From positions 1 through 64,000 of IMG/VR virus record IMGVR_UViG_3300047095_000752: 64,000 nucleotides of DNA. The stretch is one strand, 5' to 3'. Positions 59,418 to 64,000 of this stretch are shown one piece after another (the stretch's first letter is position 1; each line of letters starts with the position of its first letter). The notes under the pieces are model-generated. The model was not told the DNA's origin, did not search any database, and was given only the letters and a program-made list of their open reading frames with translations. The translations under genes and the position numbers were made by a program.

Positions 59418-60189
59418 TTAAAAGCGCCTTCAGTGATGGGTCCAGTTTATAATAATTCGTTAAATTGTATATCTTCATAGTTTCTATGACATCTTCAATT
59501 ATTTGCGAATCTATTTTTTTATGTATAAAATTCCCTATACAGTATTTATTGTTTTCATAATTTATATTTGGGTGTATGTTTTTATTTGTAAATGCTTTTA
59601 CCTCAACTAATAGATTCGAGCTATTTGTAGTAAATCTTATCTCACCCACCATAGTCCTTAATTTGACGGGTAGCCGTTTTATCATTCCAGATTCTGACTT
59701 GTACAAGTCGCATTCTATCTTATTATGTATTGTTATATTATTCCTATCAAATATAACTAAATCGTACTTGTATGAAAGTTCTTCGTTAAATGTATTATTT
59801 ACCGTTATGTTTAAAACATAATATAGATGTGTTAATATATTTCTTTTTTCGGGAATACTTATATTAATCTTACTAAACATATCTTTATAATTGTAACAAA
59901 ACTCGTCCAGTGTAGTTATCTCATTTAAAAGACTTGGGGTTATTATGATATGTTTGTTTTCTGATTTGTAAAAGATATAAAAAAAATACAAGTTATTTAA
60001 AACAATAGGGGTGATACTATATTCTTTAATTTCGGATAATATTTGATTTAAGTGTATTGTTTTATATTCGTATATTTCAATATTATGTTCTTTTTTTACA
60101 CAAATTTTATTACAGTTAAATTTATTTAAAAACGCCTTTACATTCAAGTTATTTTGTTTTGGTCTAAATAAGTTCAATAAGTTAATCAT
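59401..60189 (-). CDS. Protein with a C-terminal prokaryotic E2/UBC-like motif
   Basis: IHPNINYENNKYCIG...YN resembles the UBC HPN(x7-8)C signature. Confidence 0.45.
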   Translation of the reverse strand: MINLLNLFRPKQNNLNVKAFLNKFNCNKICVKKEHNIEIYEYKTIHLNQILSEIKEYSITPIVLNNLYFFYIFYKSENKHIIITPSLLNEITTLDEFCYNYKDMFSKINISIPEKRNILTHLYYVLNITVNNTFNEELSYKYDLVIFDRNNITIHNKIECDLYKSESGMIKRLPVKLRTMVGEIRFTTNSSNLLVEVKAFTNKNIHPNINYENNKYCIGNFIHKKIDSQIIEDVIETMKIYNLTNYYKLDPSLKALLNATSN

Positions 60190-60293
60190 AAAATACCTCG
60201 CTGTTGATTAACTTGATTAGAGTCAGTTAACTTTTCCTTATAGATCAAATACTAATCAGATCCATCCTAAATTATATCAATTATCTCAATTAC

Positions 60294-60323
60294 TCCCCTA
60301 CCCCCATATAAGGGGGTAGGGGA
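60294..60323. other. Perfect 12-bp GC-rich hairpin without a U-tract
   Basis: tcccctaccccc-atataa-gggggtagggga. Confidence 0.6.
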
Positions 60324-60331
60324 TATAATAT

Positions 60332-60625
60332 TTAAGCTGAAATTACAATAGGAGTTATATAAATTTTAATTATAGATTCATCTTTACATACCTCATATAA
60401 TAAGGTATAGTCTAAATTATTAGTACAATATCTTTTCAATTTATTATAGAAATTTGACGGTTTAATTTTGATATAATCTTCACCACCAACTACGAATAAA
60501 TAAATTTCAAATGTTGGGTAAGTTGAAAAATACAATTCTGCTTCATTGGTGTTATGAATTTTAATGTTTGTAGTAGGATTCAATATAATATGCTCTTCCG
60601 TATTCAATACAGATTGCTTACTCAT
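60332..60625 (-). CDS. Small hypothetical protein coupled to the ThiF-like gene
   Basis: 97 aa, ATGA overlap. Confidence 0.55.
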   Translation of the reverse strand: MSKQSVLNTEEHIILNPTTNIKIHNTNEAELYFSTYPTFEIYLFVVGGEDYIKIKPSNFYNKLKRYCTNNLDYTLLYEVCKDESIIKIYITPIVISA

Positions 60626-61179
60626 AGGCTGGACATCAGATGATTTAACACAATCTGAGTTTCTTTTCCTTTAACTATAGGAAATTTTATACTAATAATA
60701 TCCTCTATTACATAGGATACGGTTAGTAATGAATAGTAATCTGAATTCTTAATGGAATAACTATGAGGTTCATTCAAGTCATTATTTTTAGGAAATTTTA
60801 TTATATGACCATATGGACCGTCTGACGATATCTTCATATAAAATATATCCGACTGATTTTTATTATCCCTACAATCTATATATACCGTGTTGTTAATTTC
60901 ATTATTGGAGTAATCTTTTAAAAATTCTGGGAATTTATTATTAACCGGTCGTAATCCAAGGAGAGGATTTATCTGATATAACTCATCCTCTAAATGATAT
61001 GATTTAGGATATCCAATTTTATTGTGACCGTCTTCCGTAATTACGTCAGGATCTATAAACTCTAATAATTCAAATTTACATTTGGTTTCTAAACTTCTAG
61101 ATGCAAATAGACGTAATAGAGCAGATCCCACAGTCCCACATCCAACTACACTAAGTTTTTTCATTTGCGCATCCAACAA
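60622..61179 (-). CDS. Minimal ThiF/E1-like adenylation-domain protein
   Basis: VVGCGTVGS, FIDPD.I, IGYPK...L...INP and IDCRDN. Confidence 0.7.
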   Translation of the reverse strand: MLDAQMKKLSVVGCGTVGSALLRLFASRSLETKCKFELLEFIDPDVITEDGHNKIGYPKSYHLEDELYQINPLLGLRPVNNKFPEFLKDYSNNEINNTVYIDCRDNKNQSDIFYMKISSDGPYGHIIKFPKNNDLNEPHSYSIKNSDYYSLLTVSYVIEDIISIKFPIVKGKETQIVLNHLMSSL

Positions 61180-61199
61180 CTTAGCTGGGGGATGTTATA

Positions 61200-62507
61200 T
61201 TAGACTGTTTGAAGTTTTTTGGAATTATAGGCGATAAGGGATTTCGCGATGATCTTACCCGTTACTTGGGTTAGACCACTATGTTCAGCCGCAGTATAAT
61301 TGTCGTTAAGAATTCCGGAGAGGCAGAGAAGATTGTAGTACAGGTTGTTGTATGATTCCGGGAAGTTTTCAAGGATATCATCAAACTTGTTACGATTTTC
61401 TTTGCACATTTTGGACTTGATCTTTTTGATATCACTTTCGGTCAGCTTATATTCTTTCATTGCATGTACAGACTTGATAACTTTTTCTTCTTCGATGCGA
61501 TGGATAGAGTCCTTGATGTCGGCGATTTGAAGACCCTTGTGGATATACTTTGTGGCGAATTGATTGATGGTAAAGAAGTCGCGAATAGACTTATCACCCT
61601 GTTTGAAATGGAAGTTAAAGCTGATATGGAAGGAATTCTTGCCGTCATATGAATTTGAGATACACATTTCAATTACGGTCTTATTTGCGCTGAATACTTC
61701 TTCGGATTTGAATCCGGATACAATGTAGAATAGATCTTTCTGGACTTGAGATTCAATTGTGCGGAGGGTCTTTTCAGTCTCAGCAATCCATTCGATAACG
61801 AAGGGTGATATTTTCAGGTCGATCTGGTCGATTGACATTTCAGACTGGATTTTCTTGATAAGATCGTCCATGTGAATGACAACATAATTGTGGGATAGGA
61901 GGGTATTTGAGGTATGGTAGGTGTCAGATCCCGGTACACGGCTATGGGTGGAATAATAATTACTGGGGTTACCGCTTGGGTCCAGAATCTGCTTATATGT
62001 GACTTCAAGCTTATCGAATTCGTTGAATGAATATTCGTTATTTGAATGTTCCACGTTGCGGAGCTTGCTGGCGAAGTCCGGGAGCGTGGCGAGATTACGC
62101 TGCACTTTCTCCCGTGGTGGAGCCTTGGGCTTGGCGGTTGTGTTTGCGTTTGTAGAACCCTTGGGACGACCGCGACCACGCTTCACCGTAACAACAGGGG
62201 CTTCATGTTGCACTGTTGGTGAAGTGATGGGTTGTGTGGGTTCGGGATCTGATGTGTCGGAATTAATATTGAAGATACCGAGAGCTTTGCTATATTCGAC
62301 ATCGTCGTCGTCTTCTTCTTCGATGTCTTCATCTTCATCTTCGTCAATATCTTCGTCGGGTTCGTATGATATAATCGTGCGGGGTTCAAGAAATGGGTTC
62401 GTATTGTCTTCGACACTATCAAAATTGAATGCGTCGTTGATGTTTGAAATAAGTGAATCGGTATCATTAACTTGGTCTACGTGTTCTGACATGAAAGTCA
62501 ACTCCAA
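61200..62507 (-). CDS. Acidic N-terminus, AT-hook and DUF932-like domain protein
   Basis: Poly-D/E tract, KRGRGRPKGS AT-hook and SNSYDG motif. Confidence 0.55.
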   Translation of the reverse strand: MELTFMSEHVDQVNDTDSLISNINDAFNFDSVEDNTNPFLEPRTIISYEPDEDIDEDEDEDIEEEDDDDVEYSKALGIFNINSDTSDPEPTQPITSPTVQHEAPVVTVKRGRGRPKGSTNANTTAKPKAPPREKVQRNLATLPDFASKLRNVEHSNNEYSFNEFDKLEVTYKQILDPSGNPSNYYSTHSRVPGSDTYHTSNTLLSHNYVVIHMDDLIKKIQSEMSIDQIDLKISPFVIEWIAETEKTLRTIESQVQKDLFYIVSGFKSEEVFSANKTVIEMCISNSYDGKNSFHISFNFHFKQGDKSIRDFFTINQFATKYIHKGLQIADIKDSIHRIEEEKVIKSVHAMKEYKLTESDIKKIKSKMCKENRNKFDDILENFPESYNNLYYNLLCLSGILNDNYTAAEHSGLTQVTGKIIAKSLIAYNSKKLQTV

Positions 62508-62513
62508 TAACCA

Positions 62514-62906
62514 TTACGAGAATGGCTTAATGTTTGGTGAGAAGTGTTTCTTGGCGTGTAGTTCAAACGATTCAAACTTCGCCTTTGCGATATTACTTAG
62601 ATCTCTTATGCTGTCTATGTCATTTAATTCATCACTTACAAATATAATAATTTCATCTGGAATTAATTTTTGTACTTTTAATACAGCTTTACGGTATGAG
62701 TATGGATTTGGTTTAAATACCTTCCCGCCCGTATATATTTTCACTGGATATATCCCGTGTTTAAAGCACCACCACATTATTTTAAACCGTGAGAATATAG
62801 TCCTATTGGTCACCAAATAATAGTCTATATCGTACTCGTACAATATATTATTTTTTGGATCGAAATTCTTTTGCAATGTTTCGAACGATAGTATTATATT
62901 CTTCAT
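62514..62906 (-). CDS. Hypothetical protein (possibly a degenerate HAD-like fold)
   Basis: 130 aa; KPNP...IIFVSD..NDI resembles the C-terminal half of HAD proteins. Confidence 0.45.
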   Translation of the reverse strand: MKNIILSFETLQKNFDPKNNILYEYDIDYYLVTNRTIFSRFKIMWWCFKHGIYPVKIYTGGKVFKPNPYSYRKAVLKVQKLIPDEIIIFVSDELNDIDSIRDLSNIAKAKFESFELHAKKHFSPNIKPFS

Positions 62907-63009
62907 AATAATTCCAACAATAAAAATATAGGTTTCATATTATAACAACTATAGACCTTTAAGTAAAGTTGACCCCATCTTTGTAAAAAAGATGAATGAG
63001 ACTTAAGGT

Positions 63010-63029
63010 CAATAATTAATATATATAAT
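63010..63029 (-). promoter_or_regulatory. Phage promoter motif A
   Basis: caataattaatatatataat. Confidence 0.7.
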
Positions 63030-63043
63030 AGCATTGGATTCGT

Positions 63044-64000
63044 TTACATCCGGAGTTCTTCGTCAGCTTGAATCCATTCCTTTTGAGTATGTGTTATTAA
63101 TAATACGAGGTAGTCTTTGGATAGCATTTCAAATATACTCACCACTATAGACGAATTCTCTTCATCGAGGGAATCTAATAATTCGTCAAGTAAAAGTATA
63201 TTAGTTTTATACCCAGACATATATTCTAACAGATATCGTATACACAGTAGAATAATAATATTAGCAAGTTTAGTCTCACCGGCAGATAGGTCGGCGTATT
63301 CGGATAGTTTTGTATTATGTACAACATTTATACTGAATTTATTGTTACTCTTACCAGACTTTAGTGTCTTCTGGCTTGAGAACGTGACACGTAAAACGCC
63401 TATGAACTCCGATAGTTCTCTGGCTTTTTTATTGAGAATTGGAATGGACTCATCCATGAGAACAGACTTTATGCCTACATCCCCGAAAGCCTTCTTCCAA
63501 AATTTAACGATTTCAAGCTCTTCGTTTACGGCTTCGACTGCGGTGTAAAGATTTGCTTTTTCCGCACCCAATATTTTTATATTATCTTTTGTAGTTTTAA
63601 TAAATTCTTTTGTATTTTTCTTTACCGCTAATGTTGTTGATGTGATCACTTCCATCTTTTTAGTTATATCCGACAATTCTTCATTTTTAGAATTTATTGT
63701 ATCTTGTCGCTCATTGAGGGATCTGAGGTCGATATTGATATTCGATTTATCGATTTCGCATTGGTGTATTTGTTGTTCATACGCCTGTATAGATGATATG
63801 TGTCCGCCCTTAAACTCCGCTACTTTAGCTTGAAAGTCTGTATTGAATTTAGTCTTAAGTTTGGTAATTTCATTCTTTATATGATCACCTTTAGTATCCA
63901 ATTGAATTTTTAACTGGTCTAGTTTATTCTTAAGTGTTTCAGTTGATAGTGTGAGTGTAGATTTGAATCCAGTTATATCACCATTAAGTTTAGCTATTTC
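63044..64000 (-). CDS. SbcC/Rad50/gp46-like recombination ATPase, C-terminal part (start lies beyond the window)
   Basis: Coiled coil, signature LSAGE, Walker B LLLDE, D-loop SLD and ITH. Confidence 0.88.
   Translation of the reverse strand, partial: EIAKLNGDITGFKSTLTLSTETLKNKLDQLKIQLDTKGDHIKNEITKLKTKFNTDFQAKVAEFKGGHISSIQAYEQQIHQCEIDKSNINIDLRSLNERQDTINSKNEELSDITKKMEVITSTTLAVKKNTKEFIKTTKDNIKILGAEKANLYTAVEAVNEELEIVKFWKKAFGDVGIKSVLMDESIPILNKKARELSEFIGVLRVTFSSQKTLKSGKSNNKFSINVVHNTKLSEYADLSAGETKLANIIILLCIRYLLEYMSGYKTNILLLDELLDSLDEENSSIVVSIFEMLSKDYLVLLITHTQKEWIQADEELRM

Noticed and set aside
61999-62820. 273-aa Ser-rich plus-strand ORF
   Set aside because: Antisense read of the Asp/Glu tract of the minus-strand gene.
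1-64000. Stop-codon reassignment (alternative genetic code)
   Set aside because: Long conserved genes translate intact in code 11 and end in TAA, TAG or TGA; short neighbouring ORFs are mostly in different frames.

Overview
This window is an AT-rich segment of a large (jumbo-type) tailed-phage genome, coded mostly on the minus strand. From left to right it holds: (1) a nucleic-acid repair block with an HD-domain protein, HD-Pnk-like end-healing enzyme, DRB0094/Rnl5-type RNA ligase, a rearranged Hen1/Pnkp pair and NAD-dependent DNA ligase; (2) GC-rich probable early genes and a DEDDh exonuclease; (3) a ~4 kb RNA island with five canonical tRNAs (Ile-UAU x2, Leu-UAA, Asn-GUU, Arg-UCU), at least five aberrant tRNA-like elements, an HNH endonuclease and two long hairpin-dense non-coding tracts; (4) arrays of short overlapping hydrophobic ORFs; (5) a contractile-tail/baseplate module with two candidate frameshifts, a tape-measure/lytic transglycosylase and the terminase large subunit; (6) a MoxR-like ATPase/VWA pair; (7) unsplit RNA polymerase beta and beta-prime genes interleaved with Zn-repeat HNH endonucleases; (8) neighbouring E1(ThiF)-like and E2-like genes, an AT-hook protein and the 3' end of an SbcC/gp46-like ATPase. 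Two recurrent intergenic motifs look like early/middle and late phage promoters. The best candidates for undescribed biology are the rewired Hen1-Pnkp/HD-Pnk/Rnl5 RNA-repair system together with the tRNA-mimic and large-ncRNA island, and the E1/E2 pair. All calls come from motif recognition by eye; no searches or folding programs were run.
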